Origin: an uncultured delta proteobacterium
GTDB taxonomy: Bacteria; Myxococcota_A; Polyangia; Polyangiales; JAFGIB01
Assembly (NCBI GenBank): GCA_963778655.1
Contig: CAVZVA010000005.1
Coordinates: 736,001-800,000, forward strand
Reading direction: 5' to 3'
DNA: 64,000 nucleotides
Part shown: piece by piece, positions 11,842-20,607 of the stretch
How the letters are laid out: each line of letters begins with the position of its first letter
Position numbering within the stretch: position 1 is the first letter of the stretch
Translations under genes and position numbers: made by a program
The notes under the pieces: generated by a model
The model's input: only the letters and a program-made list of their open reading frames with translations
Database searches by the model: none
What the model was told of the DNA's origin: nothing

Positions 11842-12426
11842 ATGGCTGAAATCGAGCACTGCGCGGACGTTCGGACGTTTTTCGTCGAGCAGGTGACCGA
11901 GGCGATGCGCGAGCTGCGCGTCGAGACCGGGGAGCCCACGCAGCGCTATCTCGTCAACCTGCTGAGCGGGTTTTCAGTATCCAACAGGATACAAGCGCTT
12001 TCGGAGCCGCTCTTTGCGCTATTTCGGCGGGCGCTCGAGTCCACCGGCCCGGAGCGCCTGGCGCGCATGCGGGAGCTCGGCGACGTGGCGCTGTTCATCT
12101 GTGGCTTCTTTCCTGACAGCTTCGACCGGCGCGGCCTGAGCCGAGCGTATGTGGTCGAGCTGGGCGGACACGCCTACCTGGTCCTTGGCCAGGCCGAGAA
12201 GCGGCACGGCGGTCACGCCGAGGTGTTCGTGGAGCTGGGCGGGCGCTTTCACGACATGGCTCGCGTTCTCGACGAGGTGCGCGAGCGCACGGCGCTGTGC
12301 ACCGACGGCGAGGTGGTGCGGCTGTACGAGCGCTGGAGCGAGTCGGGCTCTCCCGCGCTGGCGCGCAGGTTGCAGCGGCGCGGCGTGCAGCCGCTACGCC
12401 GGCGCGCGGGCCGCGCGCCCAACTGA
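11842..12426 (+). CDS. Conserved-looking hypothetical alpha-helical protein divergent from groES
   Basis: [14 protein letters not shown]...YLVNLL...[17 protein letters not shown]...[10 protein letters not shown]...RLYERW; protein-like composition and GAGG RBS. Confidence 0.8.
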   Translation: MAEIEHCADVRTFFVEQVTEAMRELRVETGEPTQRYLVNLLSGFSVSNRIQALSEPLFALFRRALESTGPERLARMRELGDVALFICGFFPDSFDRRGLSRAYVVELGGHAYLVLGQAEKRHGGHAEVFVELGGRFHDMARVLDEVRERTALCTDGEVVRLYERWSESGSPALARRLQRRGVQPLRRRAGRAPN

Positions 12427-12538
12427 CCACGCCCCCTCCCGTTCCGAATCCACCCGCAGGCTGGGACGGCGGCGTGCTTTACTCCGATCCGGCCGGTCGC
12501 TAGGATCGAAACTCTCTGCGGCGCGGCTCAAGCTCTGT

Positions 12539-14161
12539 ATGGCGCTCCTGACGATCATCTCGCCGGAAACTCCCGAGCGTTCCGTCGAGCTGGACCGCCA
12601 CAACACGCTGGGACGGCACCCGGACAACTCGATCCAGATCCTCGACCGCATCGTCTCCAAGAACCACTGCCACATCGACTTGGTCGGCGACGGGTTCGTG
12701 CTCAAGGACCTGGGCTCGCTCAACGGGACCTACGTCAACGGCGAGCGGGTCCAGAGCGAGCGCGTGCTCAAACCCGGCGACGAGGTGACGCTGGGCGGCA
12801 CCAAGCTGGTATTCGACGCCCCGGCCGCGGGCGCCGAGGCAGCGGGTGCCCTCGGCGCCACGCGCGCTGCCGGGCTGGTGACGATGGCGCCCGGCATGGT
12901 CGAGAGCCACGTCCGAGCCAAGCTGGCCCAACAGGCGGAGCAGCACTTCGTACCCGAACGGCTGGTGCAGGACGTCGCGGCGTTGCGGCGCGACTACGAG
13001 AAGCTCCGGGTCAGCTTCGAGCTCACGCGCGCGATCGCGGGCGAGCTGGACGTCGACCGGCTGCTGACCAAGATCCTGTCGACCGCGTTCGAGCTGCTCT
13101 CGGTGGACCGCGGCGTGGTGCTGCTGCTCGACGAGCAGGGCAAGCTCCTCCCGCGCTGCGTGCGCACCAAGCACGGAGACGGCACCGAGGCGGTCGCGCT
13201 GTCGACCACCATCATCAACGAGGTGCTGCGCGACCGCTCCGCGGTGCTGTCGAGCGATGCGCTGATGGACTCGCGCTTCAAGGGAGCGCAGTCGATCATC
13301 ATGCAGGGCATCCGCTCCAGCATGGCGGTGCCGCTGGTCTACTCCGATCAGCTGCTCGGGGTGATGGTGCTCGACTCGCAGGTGGCCGCCAACGCGTTCA
13401 CGGAGAAGGACCTGCAGCTGACCCAGGCGGTCGCCGACCAGGCGGCGGTCGCGATCCAGAACAGCCTGTTCGCCGCCAAGATCGAGCAGGAGGCGCTGAC
13501 GCGGCAACGCTTCCAGCGCCTGCTCTCGCCGGCCATCGCCGAGCTCGTGGTGAGCGGCGAGGTCGCGGTCGAGAAGGGCGGTCAGAGCCGCGAGACCAGC
13601 GTATTCTTCAGCGACATTCGCGGCTTCACCGCCATGAGCGAGAAACGCAGCGCCGAAGAGATCGTCGACATGCTCAACGAGTACTTCGAGCTGATGGTCG
13701 AGGTGATCTTCAAGTACGAGGGCACGCTCGACAAGTTCGTCGGCGACGAGATCATGGCGCTGTTCGGCTCGCCGGTCTCACACCCCGACGACGCCTACCG
13801 CGCGGTGAAGGTCGCGGTCGAGCAAATGGACGCGCTCGAGGAGTGGAACCTGATGCGTGTGGCCGAGGGAGAGGAGCCGATCCGCATCGGCATCGGCGTC
13901 AACACCGGACAGGTAGTGGCGGGCTATCTCGGCAGCAGCAAGGCGCTCGAGTACACCGTGATCGGAGATGTGGTGAACACCGCTTCGCGGCTGTGCTCGC
14001 GGGCGCAGGCCGGCGAGATCGTGATCAGCGCCAACACCTACGAAAAGGTCAAGAGCTACTTCAACGCGGAGGAGCTGCCCCCGGCCACGCTCAAGGGCAA
14101 GGCTCAGCCGCTCCAGATCTATCGGGTGCTAGGCGAGCGCAGCCGCCGTTCGCGAGGGTAG
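12539..14161 (+). CDS. FHA-GAF-class III adenylate/guanylate cyclase (adenylate-type residues)
   Basis: FHA: LGRHPDN..IVSKNHC..GSLNGT; central GAF; cyclase motifs FFSDIRGFT, DKFVGDEIMALFG, YTVIGDVVNTASRL. Confidence 0.92.
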   Translation: MALLTIISPETPERSVELDRHNTLGRHPDNSIQILDRIVSKNHCHIDLVGDGFVLKDLGSLNGTYVNGERVQSERVLKPGDEVTLGGTKLVFDAPAAGAEAAGALGATRAAGLVTMAPGMVESHVRAKLAQQAEQHFVPERLVQDVAALRRDYEKLRVSFELTRAIAGELDVDRLLTKILSTAFELLSVDRGVVLLLDEQGKLLPRCVRTKHGDGTEAVALSTTIINEVLRDRSAVLSSDALMDSRFKGAQSIIMQGIRSSMAVPLVYSDQLLGVMVLDSQVAANAFTEKDLQLTQAVADQAAVAIQNSLFAAKIEQEALTRQRFQRLLSPAIAELVVSGEVAVEKGGQSRETSVFFSDIRGFTAMSEKRSAEEIVDMLNEYFELMVEVIFKYEGTLDKFVGDEIMALFGSPVSHPDDAYRAVKVAVEQMDALEEWNLMRVAEGEEPIRIGIGVNTGQVVAGYLGSSKALEYTVIGDVVNTASRLCSRAQAGEIVISANTYEKVKSYFNAEELPPATLKGKAQPLQIYRVLGERSRRSRG

Positions 14162-14253
14162 CTCTCAACAGGGCAGGACGCGCGTGCTGCCAAGCCGAGG
14201 CCGCAGCAGCGCACGCGGGAGCGAAGCCACACCGGCGGGCTTTGCCCGACGGC

Positions 14254-14276
14254 CGGGAGGGGCGCGTGCCCTCCCG
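14254..14276. repeat. REP-like palindrome, same family as the 60647-60797 copies (opposite orientation)
   Basis: cgggaggggcgcgtgccctcccg; its reverse complement cgggagggcacgcgcccctcccg matches the copy at 60771-60794 except for one G. Confidence 0.7.
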
Positions 14277-14507
14277 TCATAGGACCAGCACGGGGGCTTC
14301 GCGGGTGAGCTCGTCGAGCAGGGCGTCGAGCTCAGGCGCGCGCGATTCCGGGGTGCACAGCGACACCACGCCGTTGCCGCTGCCGTGCAGGGAGGCGAGC
14401 CCGTCGTAGCCTTCGAGCACGCTGCGCAGCCACACCACGTCGGCGTCAGCTACGCGCAGGGTGCGCCAGCACAGACCGGGGCCGTCCAGTCGTTTGCTTG
14501 GAGACAT
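14277..14507 (-). CDS. Small DUF4911-like protein
   Basis: 76 aa; DVVWLRSVLEGYDGLA pattern recalls DUF4911; fills the gap between the cyclase and the TPR lipoprotein. Confidence 0.65.
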   Translation of the reverse strand: MSPSKRLDGPGLCWRTLRVADADVVWLRSVLEGYDGLASLHGSGNGVVSLCTPESRAPELDALLDELTREAPVLVL

Positions 14508-14646
14508 AGCCGCAGGCTACAACGAGGCCGGGCCGAGCGCCGCGTGCCCACGCCGTTTCCGCGGCTTTTTTGACCACGCAGGAAGCGCCTCCGTACGATC
14601 GCGTCGCTGTGGTGTGCAAGCGGCCGACAAGCTCGAGGTATTCGAC

Positions 14647-15513
14647 GTGACGAACGCGGCGCGCTGGCTGTTGCTCGCGTTGTGGCTCGGCGGCTGCGCA
14701 GGTGCAGCCGCTGTGCAGCCGACCGGCACCGTCCCCGGCGCCCAGCAGGAGTCGCCGGTCGAGCAGCTGGCGCGCCGCTGCGACGACGACGAGCAGCGCA
14801 TCTCGGAGCTCGAGGCGCGGCTGGCTCTGCTCGAAAAGGAGAGCCACGACTGGCGCGAGCAAGCCGCGGCGAAGATCAGCGAGACGGTGCACATCGGCAA
14901 GCGGCATCGCGAGCAGGAGGAGGCCTCCGATTCGGATCCGGAGGCAGAGCCCGCCCGCGGGCGCTCCCGCGAGGCGGACCGCACCCCGGTGCAGGTCGTG
15001 CGCCTGTACGAACAGCCGCGCGAGCCGCAGCCCTCCGTGGCGCTGCCGGCACCGCCGCCCGGCGTGCCGGCGCGGCTACCCGTGGTGCCCTTGCCCGCGG
15101 CACGCAACGCTGCGGCCGTCGCGGCCGCGGCCGCAGGCGTCGATGCCGAGCAGCGGGAAGCCTACCGCGCGGCTTTGCGGCTGGTCCACGAGCGACGCTG
15201 GGACGATGCGCTAGAGGCCCTGGCCCGCTTTGCGGATCGCTATCGCGAGGGCAGCCTGGCCGCGGGCGCCACCTACTGGCAAGGAGAGATCCACTACGCG
15301 CAGCGCCAGTACGCCGATGCCCTGGTCGCATTCCAGGCCTTGCTGTCGCGCTTTCCCGCCAGCCTCAAGGCGGCCGACGCCTTGCTCAAGGTCGGCCTGT
15401 GTCACATGAGACTCGGCGACCAGGCGATGGCGGAGCGATATTTTCGGCAGGTGCGCGAGCAATACCCCAGCAGCGATGCGGCGCGCATCGCCTCCCGGGA
15501 GGGATCTTCATGA
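14647..15513 (+). CDS. CpoB/YbgF-like TPR lipoprotein
   Basis: Lipobox LGGC, short coiled coil, Pro-rich linker, C-terminal TPRs (ATYWQGEIHY, FPASLKAADALLKVG, QYPSSDAA). Confidence 0.8.
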   Translation: MTNAARWLLLALWLGGCAGAAAVQPTGTVPGAQQESPVEQLARRCDDDEQRISELEARLALLEKESHDWREQAAAKISETVHIGKRHREQEEASDSDPEAEPARGRSREADRTPVQVVRLYEQPREPQPSVALPAPPPGVPARLPVVPLPAARNAAAVAAAAAGVDAEQREAYRAALRLVHERRWDDALEALARFADRYREGSLAAGATYWQGEIHYAQRQYADALVAFQALLSRFPASLKAADALLKVGLCHMRLGDQAMAERYFRQVREQYPSSDAARIASREGSS

Positions 15514-16754
15514 GGCAGGCGGTATGGATCGGAATCTTGTCATGGCTCGCGGGTCCGGCTGCGGCGTACGCGCAACAAGCTGGCGATGACTACAGCACGG
15601 ACTTCGGCGGCGAAACGGCGGGAGCGCAGGGCGCCGGCCAGCGCTATGACGGACCGCACAGCATCGCCGAAGCCAAGCAGCAGCGACGCGGTTATCGCAT
15701 CGGAACCGCTGCGGTACACGGCGCGAGCCCCGAAGAAGACGTGCACGTCGTGCAAGAGGGCGACACGCTGTGGGATATCTCGCAGCACTACTTCGGCGAT
15801 CCATGGCACTGGCCCGAGCTGTGGTCGTACAATCCCGAGATCACCAATCCGCACTGGATCTATCCGCGAGATCAGATCCGGCTGTCACCCCAGACGCTGA
15901 GCGCGGATCAGACCGTGGCCCAGCTCAAGAAGGGCGGCCCTAGCGGCCTGGAGAAAGCTCCGGTGAGCGCGGGCGTGCTCGCCGGCACTGAGACCGCCTC
16001 CTCGGTGGTCGTGCCGCGCGGCGCGTGGAAGCCGGGTATGATCTTCCTGCACGATCAGGGCTACCTGGACGACGACGCGCTACGGGCCAGCGGCCAGATC
16101 ATCGGCGGCAACCAGGAGAACATGTTGCTGTCGCCGAGCGACCAGGTGTACGTGAAGTTCAGCGGCGATCAGAACATTGCGGCCGGTCAGTCGTACACCG
16201 TGTTCCGCAAGATGCCCAAGGCCGACCGAGGCAGGCACGAGAAGGGCACGCTGGTCAGGATCCTAGGAACGATCGTGGTGCGCAACTACGACCGGGACAA
16301 GCACGTCGCGCGCGGCATCGTCACCGAGGCGCTCGATCCGATCGAGCGCGGGTTGTTCGTGGCCAAGCTCGACCGGCGCTTCGACCTGGTGGCCGCCAAG
16401 CCCAATCAGGCCAACGTCGCCGCGCGCATCATCGCCTCGGTCCACCCGCGCACGCTATTGTCGTACGGCAACGTGGTCTTCCTCGACGTAGGCGAGGGCC
16501 ACGGCATCGAGCCCGGAAACCGCTTCTTCGTCGTGCGCCGCGGCGACAACTGGCTGGAGAGCCTGCAGGCCGATCCGGTCGACTTCGGCAACGTGGCCGA
16601 GGTGCCCAAGTACGACCGAAGCATCCTGCCGAAGGAAGTCGTCGCCGAGCTGCGCGTGATCAAGGTGCGCAAGACCACCACCATCGCGCTGGTCATCCGC
16701 TCGGACACCGACCTCACGGTCGGCGACTACGCCGAGATGCGAGTGGGATTCTGA
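15510..16754 (+). CDS. LysM peptidoglycan-binding protein (TsaP-like architecture)
   Basis: Signal peptide; HVVQEGDTLWDISQHYFGDPWHWPELWSYNPEITNPHWIYP; beta-rich C-terminus; ATGA overlap with the upstream gene fixes the start at 15510. Confidence 0.85.
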   Translation: MRQAVWIGILSWLAGPAAAYAQQAGDDYSTDFGGETAGAQGAGQRYDGPHSIAEAKQQRRGYRIGTAAVHGASPEEDVHVVQEGDTLWDISQHYFGDPWHWPELWSYNPEITNPHWIYPRDQIRLSPQTLSADQTVAQLKKGGPSGLEKAPVSAGVLAGTETASSVVVPRGAWKPGMIFLHDQGYLDDDALRASGQIIGGNQENMLLSPSDQVYVKFSGDQNIAAGQSYTVFRKMPKADRGRHEKGTLVRILGTIVVRNYDRDKHVARGIVTEALDPIERGLFVAKLDRRFDLVAAKPNQANVAARIIASVHPRTLLSYGNVVFLDVGEGHGIEPGNRFFVVRRGDNWLESLQADPVDFGNVAEVPKYDRSILPKEVVAELRVIKVRKTTTIALVIRSDTDLTVGDYAEMRVGF

Positions 16755-16855
16755 GGGCCCCTCGAGCCCGCGGCCGCGCGCGGCCTGCAGGGGCTCCGGC
16801 GCTGCGGGCGGGCAGAGTGGACCCGTTGGCGGCCCAGCCGGGTTTGTGAGACAAT

Positions 16856-18706
16856 GTGGGTGTGTCGAGCGCGTCGGACGAGGAGCGCGACCGCCTGATC
16901 GCCGAGCTCCGGGCGGAGCTCGAGCGCGAGCAGGGCAAGCTTCGCGCGCTGCAGGACATCGGCCAGGCGTTGGGGTCCACGCTGGACCTGGACGAGCTGG
17001 TGGGCATTCTGCTCGCGCGCATCACGCGCATCATCGACGCCGATCAAGCCACGCTCTACCTGACCGACGAGGCCGGCGGATTGTGGTCGCGCTTCTCCCA
17101 CGGAGGGCGGGCTCAGGAAATCCGCCTGCAGGTCGGTCAGGGGCTGCCGGGGTGGGTGGCGAAGACCGGCCGCCCGCTCAACGTCAAGGACGCGTATCAG
17201 GACGTGCGCTTCGATTCCGAGTGGGACCGGCGCACCGGCTACCGCACCACGTCGGCGCTTTGCGTGCCAGTGAAGAACCACCACGGTCGCACCGTCGGTG
17301 TGTTGCAGGTGCTCAACAAGCGCTCGCTGTACTTTACGCTCGACGATGAAGGCATGTTGTCCGCGCTCGCGTCACAGGTCGGGGTTTCGCTGGAGAACAG
17401 CAAGCTGTTTCTGTCGGTGGTCGGCAAGAACATGGAGCTGCTCGAGACCAAGGAGCGGCTGGAGCAGAAGGTTCGCGAGCTCGACGTCCTGTTCGAGATC
17501 GCGCAGGTGTCGGCCTCGGCGGCGCGGCTCGACGATTTGCTCGAGGGCGTGCTGGCGCGCGCCATCCACGCCATCGCGGCCGAGGCCGGATCGATTCTGC
17601 TCTCCGATTCGCAAACCGGCGATATGCGCTTCCGCTGCGCTGTCGGCGGCGATCCCGAGGCGGTGCGGCGGCTGACGGTTGGCGCGGAGCAAGGCATCTG
17701 CGGCTGGGTCGCGCGCAACGGCGAGCCGCAGATCGTTAACGACGTGGGCAGCGATCCGAGGCACTCGACCGAGATCGCAAACCAGGTGGGCTATCACCCC
17801 CGTTCGCTCTTGTGCGTGCCGCTGAGGCTGGCCGAGGGCGAGGGCGCGCTCGAGCTGCTCAACAAGGCGCACGGGCGCAGCGGCTTCACCGAGGACGACC
17901 TGAAGCTCGCGGCGTTGATCGCGGGCCACGTGTCGACGGCGATCGATCTCGCCCAGGTGAGGCAGCGGCGCGAGCGCCAGGAGCGGCTGTCGACCATCGG
18001 CCAGCTGCTCTCCAGCGTGGTGCACGACCTGCGCGGGCCGATGACGGTGATCTCCGGCTACGCCCGTTTCCTGGAAAGCGAAGAGGACGGGAAGCAGCGC
18101 GCGCGTTATGGAGAGGCGATCTTGCGTCAGGTCGAGACGGTCAACGCGATGACAGGCGAGATCCTCGCGTTCGCGCGCGGCGACACCAATCTGTTGCTCA
18201 GCCGCGTGTACCTGCAGGAGTACTTTCGCGAGCTCGCCGAGCACTTGCGTCACGAGCTTGAGGGCCGCAGCATCGATCTGGTGCTCGCGCTCGAGGACCG
18301 CGGGGTGGCCTGGTTCGATCCGCACAAGGTGCGGCGGGCGGTGCACAATCTGGTGCGCAACGCGGTCCAGGCGATCGGCAACAAGGGCGGAACGATCACG
18401 ATCGGCGTGGGGCGCGACGAGGCGGGCGCGCTGGTGTTGAGCTGCACCGACGATGGGCCCGGCGTACCGGAGGCGATCCGCGAGCGGGCATTCGAGTCCT
18501 TCACCTCGCACGGTAAGCCGGACGGCACCGGTCTCGGTCTGGCCATCGTGCAGAAGGTGGTGCAGGATCACGGCGGCCGGATCGAGCTGCGCAGCCGTCC
18601 GGGCGAGACGGTGTTCACGATCACGCTGCCACAACAGCGCACGCGGCCCTCGCAGGCGCCGCTGCCTGCCGGCGGTGACGATACCAGCCGAGCGACGACG
18701 GCGTGA
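16856..18706 (+). CDS. Cytoplasmic sensor histidine kinase with two GAF domains
   Basis: Two GAFs; H-box VVHDLRGPM, N-box NLVRNA, G1 DDGPG, G2 GTGLGLAIV; no TM segment. Confidence 0.92.
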   Translation: MGVSSASDEERDRLIAELRAELEREQGKLRALQDIGQALGSTLDLDELVGILLARITRIIDADQATLYLTDEAGGLWSRFSHGGRAQEIRLQVGQGLPGWVAKTGRPLNVKDAYQDVRFDSEWDRRTGYRTTSALCVPVKNHHGRTVGVLQVLNKRSLYFTLDDEGMLSALASQVGVSLENSKLFLSVVGKNMELLETKERLEQKVRELDVLFEIAQVSASAARLDDLLEGVLARAIHAIAAEAGSILLSDSQTGDMRFRCAVGGDPEAVRRLTVGAEQGICGWVARNGEPQIVNDVGSDPRHSTEIANQVGYHPRSLLCVPLRLAEGEGALELLNKAHGRSGFTEDDLKLAALIAGHVSTAIDLAQVRQRRERQERLSTIGQLLSSVVHDLRGPMTVISGYARFLESEEDGKQRARYGEAILRQVETVNAMTGEILAFARGDTNLLLSRVYLQEYFRELAEHLRHELEGRSIDLVLALEDRGVAWFDPHKVRRAVHNLVRNAVQAIGNKGGTITIGVGRDEAGALVLSCTDDGPGVPEAIRERAFESFTSHGKPDGTGLGLAIVQKVVQDHGGRIELRSRPGETVFTITLPQQRTRPSQAPLPAGGDDTSRATTA

Positions 18707-18719
18707 GGGGAGGGCGGAC

Positions 18720-19610
18720 GTGCGGGCGAGTAAGGGGCGAGTAGTGGGGCTTGGGGGCGCGGTGGTGGCGGTTGTGTTGTGCTGCCAGGGGCCGGCGCAG
18801 GTGCGGGCGCAGGGCGTGGCCCAGAGCGGCATGGGGCAGGGACAGGCCAGCATCAATGTCCGCTCCGACGTGACGCTGGCGATCAAAGGCCTGCGCTCCA
18901 CCACGCCCGAGCGGCTGAGCAAGCTCACCGAGCTGGTCAGCGACAAGCTGCCGGCGCTGCGCAAGTGCTATCGCGAGCTCATCGCCAAGCGCCCGACCAG
19001 CGTGGGCTCGATCGGGATCAAGATCACGCTGGAGCAGGGCGACGAGCCGCCTGCGCTCGAGCTCAAGGAGTACGGCGGCACCGACGCGGACTTGACTGGC
19101 TGCGTCAAGCACGTGCTCGAGCACGCGCCGCTGCGGAAGCTGGAGCGGCCGGTGGCGGCGGCGGTGACGCTGCAGTTCGAGAACACGCGCGCCAAGGGTG
19201 AGGCCGAGATGGCTCGGCGGCGCGAAGCGGCCGCGCAGGTCAACGTGCACGAGCGGACAGGCGGCGGCTTCGAGGCGGCCTGGACCGCCGACGACGGCAA
19301 GGTGGGTTTCACCGTGGGTAGCGCCGGCTCGCGCGAGGCGGTCGAGGCGGTGCTCAACACCCTGCGCACGTCGTTCGCAGGCTTTGCCGACTGCCGCAGG
19401 CGCTCGGAGAAGGGCGGCGTGTCGCCGGCGGGCGCGCTCCAGGTCGAGCTCCACGTGCAAAGCCGGGGCAAGGGCAGCGCCAAAGTGACCTCGAGCACGG
19501 TCAGCCACCCCCGCGCCACGCCCTGCGTGGAGCGTCTGTTCAAGCGCCTCCGCTTCAAGGACGCGCCGGCCGGCGAAACCCTCGACATCCAAGTCCAGTT
19601 CGGCGCCTAG
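18720..19610 (+). CDS. Exported protein with two AgmX/PglI-type (TonB-C-like) domains
   Basis: N-terminal hydrophobic signal; LRKCYRELIAKRP..G...LTGCVKHVL, then FADCRRR..G...ATPCVERLFKRLRF; in-frame GTG at 18720 after a purine-rich RBS. Confidence 0.7.
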   Translation: MRASKGRVVGLGGAVVAVVLCCQGPAQVRAQGVAQSGMGQGQASINVRSDVTLAIKGLRSTTPERLSKLTELVSDKLPALRKCYRELIAKRPTSVGSIGIKITLEQGDEPPALELKEYGGTDADLTGCVKHVLEHAPLRKLERPVAAAVTLQFENTRAKGEAEMARRREAAAQVNVHERTGGGFEAAWTADDGKVGFTVGSAGSREAVEAVLNTLRTSFAGFADCRRRSEKGGVSPAGALQVELHVQSRGKGSAKVTSSTVSHPRATPCVERLFKRLRFKDAPAGETLDIQVQFGA

Positions 19611-19776
19611 AGCACCGAACATATTGAAACGTGTGCGAAGTCGGGGTCATGGCGGGGTGCAGGGTGCGGGCGGGAGCCCGAAGGCGTAGCACATCCTACG
19701 TCGAGCGGGGAGCGGCGTGCCATGCGCCCGCGAGGGCCCCGAAATCGTGCGTGTTTCAATATGTTGGGTGCTCTAG
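19607..19776. mobile_element. MITE-like element: ~37-bp imperfect terminal inverted repeats bounded by CTAG at both ends
   Basis: ctagagcaccgaacatattgaaacgtgtgcgaagtcgggg ... ccccgaaatcgtgcgtgtttcaatatgttgggtgctctag; internal hairpin ggcgtag-cacatc-ctacgtc; no convincing ORF. Confidence 0.65.
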
Positions 19777-19845
19777 CGCCCCTCGGCCCGTTGCGCAGGC
19801 GACCCAGTTGGGGCCTGCGGCCACCGCTCGCTCGACACGCACTGT

Positions 19846-19970
19846 GGGTTTCGGCTGAGGATCGTTCAGGAGCGAGCGCCCCCGCAGGACCGGGCCGAGG
19901 CGTACAACAGTACGCCGCAGGGCCGGTCCGAGGAGGTAAGCCGCTCGTGGGTGATCCTCAGCCGAAACCC
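19846..19970. repeat. Second nested-hairpin element with a perfect 18-bp terminal inverted repeat
   Basis: gggtttcggctgaggatc (19846-19863) / gatcctcagccgaaaccc (19953-19970); inner stems ggaccgg/ccggtcc and ggcgtac-aaca-gtacgcc. Confidence 0.7.
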
Positions 19971-20332
19971 TAGGCGAAGTCTTTTTCTTGGCGCTCTTGA
20001 TCCTCTTTACAGCGGATGCAGAGCGTGGTTTCCGGACGCGCCTCGAGGCGCTTGACGCTGATCGGCTCGCCGCACTCCTCGCACACCCCGAACTCGCCTT
20101 GCTCGATCTTCTTCAGGGCGCGATCGATCTTCTCGAGGAAGGTCTTCTCACGGCCTCGCAGGCGGAATTGAAACGACTGCAAGCCCTCGCTCGAAGCCAG
20201 GTCCATTTCGTCCGGTAGGTCGTTGGTGTCCAGCGCCATGTTTTCGGCAGTCATGGTCTGGGCGTTGGTTACCAGGGCGGAGCGCTTGCTTTCGAGCATT
20301 GTCTTGAAGCGCTTGAGGTCGGCTTTCTTCAT
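19970..20332 (-). CDS. dksA: DksA/TraR C4-type zinc-finger transcription factor
   Basis: PDEMDLAS (DxxDxA coiled-coil tip), CEECGEPISVKRLEARPETTLCIRC; start MKKADLKRF at 20332. Confidence 0.92.
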   Translation of the reverse strand: MKKADLKRFKTMLESKRSALVTNAQTMTAENMALDTNDLPDEMDLASSEGLQSFQFRLRGREKTFLEKIDRALKKIEQGEFGVCEECGEPISVKRLEARPETTLCIRCKEDQERQEKDFA

Positions 20333-20367
20333 GACCCTACACCTCTTGGGCTGGCAGGGAGCGATGC

Positions 20368-20395
20368 AAGATAACCAGGCCCGCGGGCGAGTCAA
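20368..20395 (-). promoter_or_regulatory. Sigma70-like promoter for dksA
   Basis: Minus strand TTGACT-N16-TATCTT, 35 nt upstream of the ATG. Confidence 0.5.
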
Positions 20396-20607
20396 GCCCG
20401 GCCAGGCTGGCCGGCCGGGAGACCGTCACCCGAGTTTGAGACCGCTCGAGCGCCTGCAGCCGCGCGCGCGTGCCTGCTCGATCACCCGAGCAATTGAGCG
20501 ATTCGAACGCGACGCAGTGCGCGCCGGCAGGCCCGCCAAGAGCACCCGGCCGCCGCCTCCCGTGTCTCCTACAATTGGATACAAAAGAGCGACACGCCGA
20601 ACGCTTT

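Noticed and set aside
14682..15509. N-terminal extension of the LysM ORF, and similar extensions on groES, moeA, ffh, the cyclase and yqgE
   Set aside because: These overlap neighbouring genes or promoters. Internal starts with RBS or ATGA coupling fit the family N-termini better.
19607..19973. Possible CRISPR array, tRNA or small ORFs (19631-19858, 19722-19973) in the repeat-rich gap
   Set aside because: The repeats are inverted rather than direct with spacers, there is no cloverleaf or cas gene, and the ORF translations are not protein-like.
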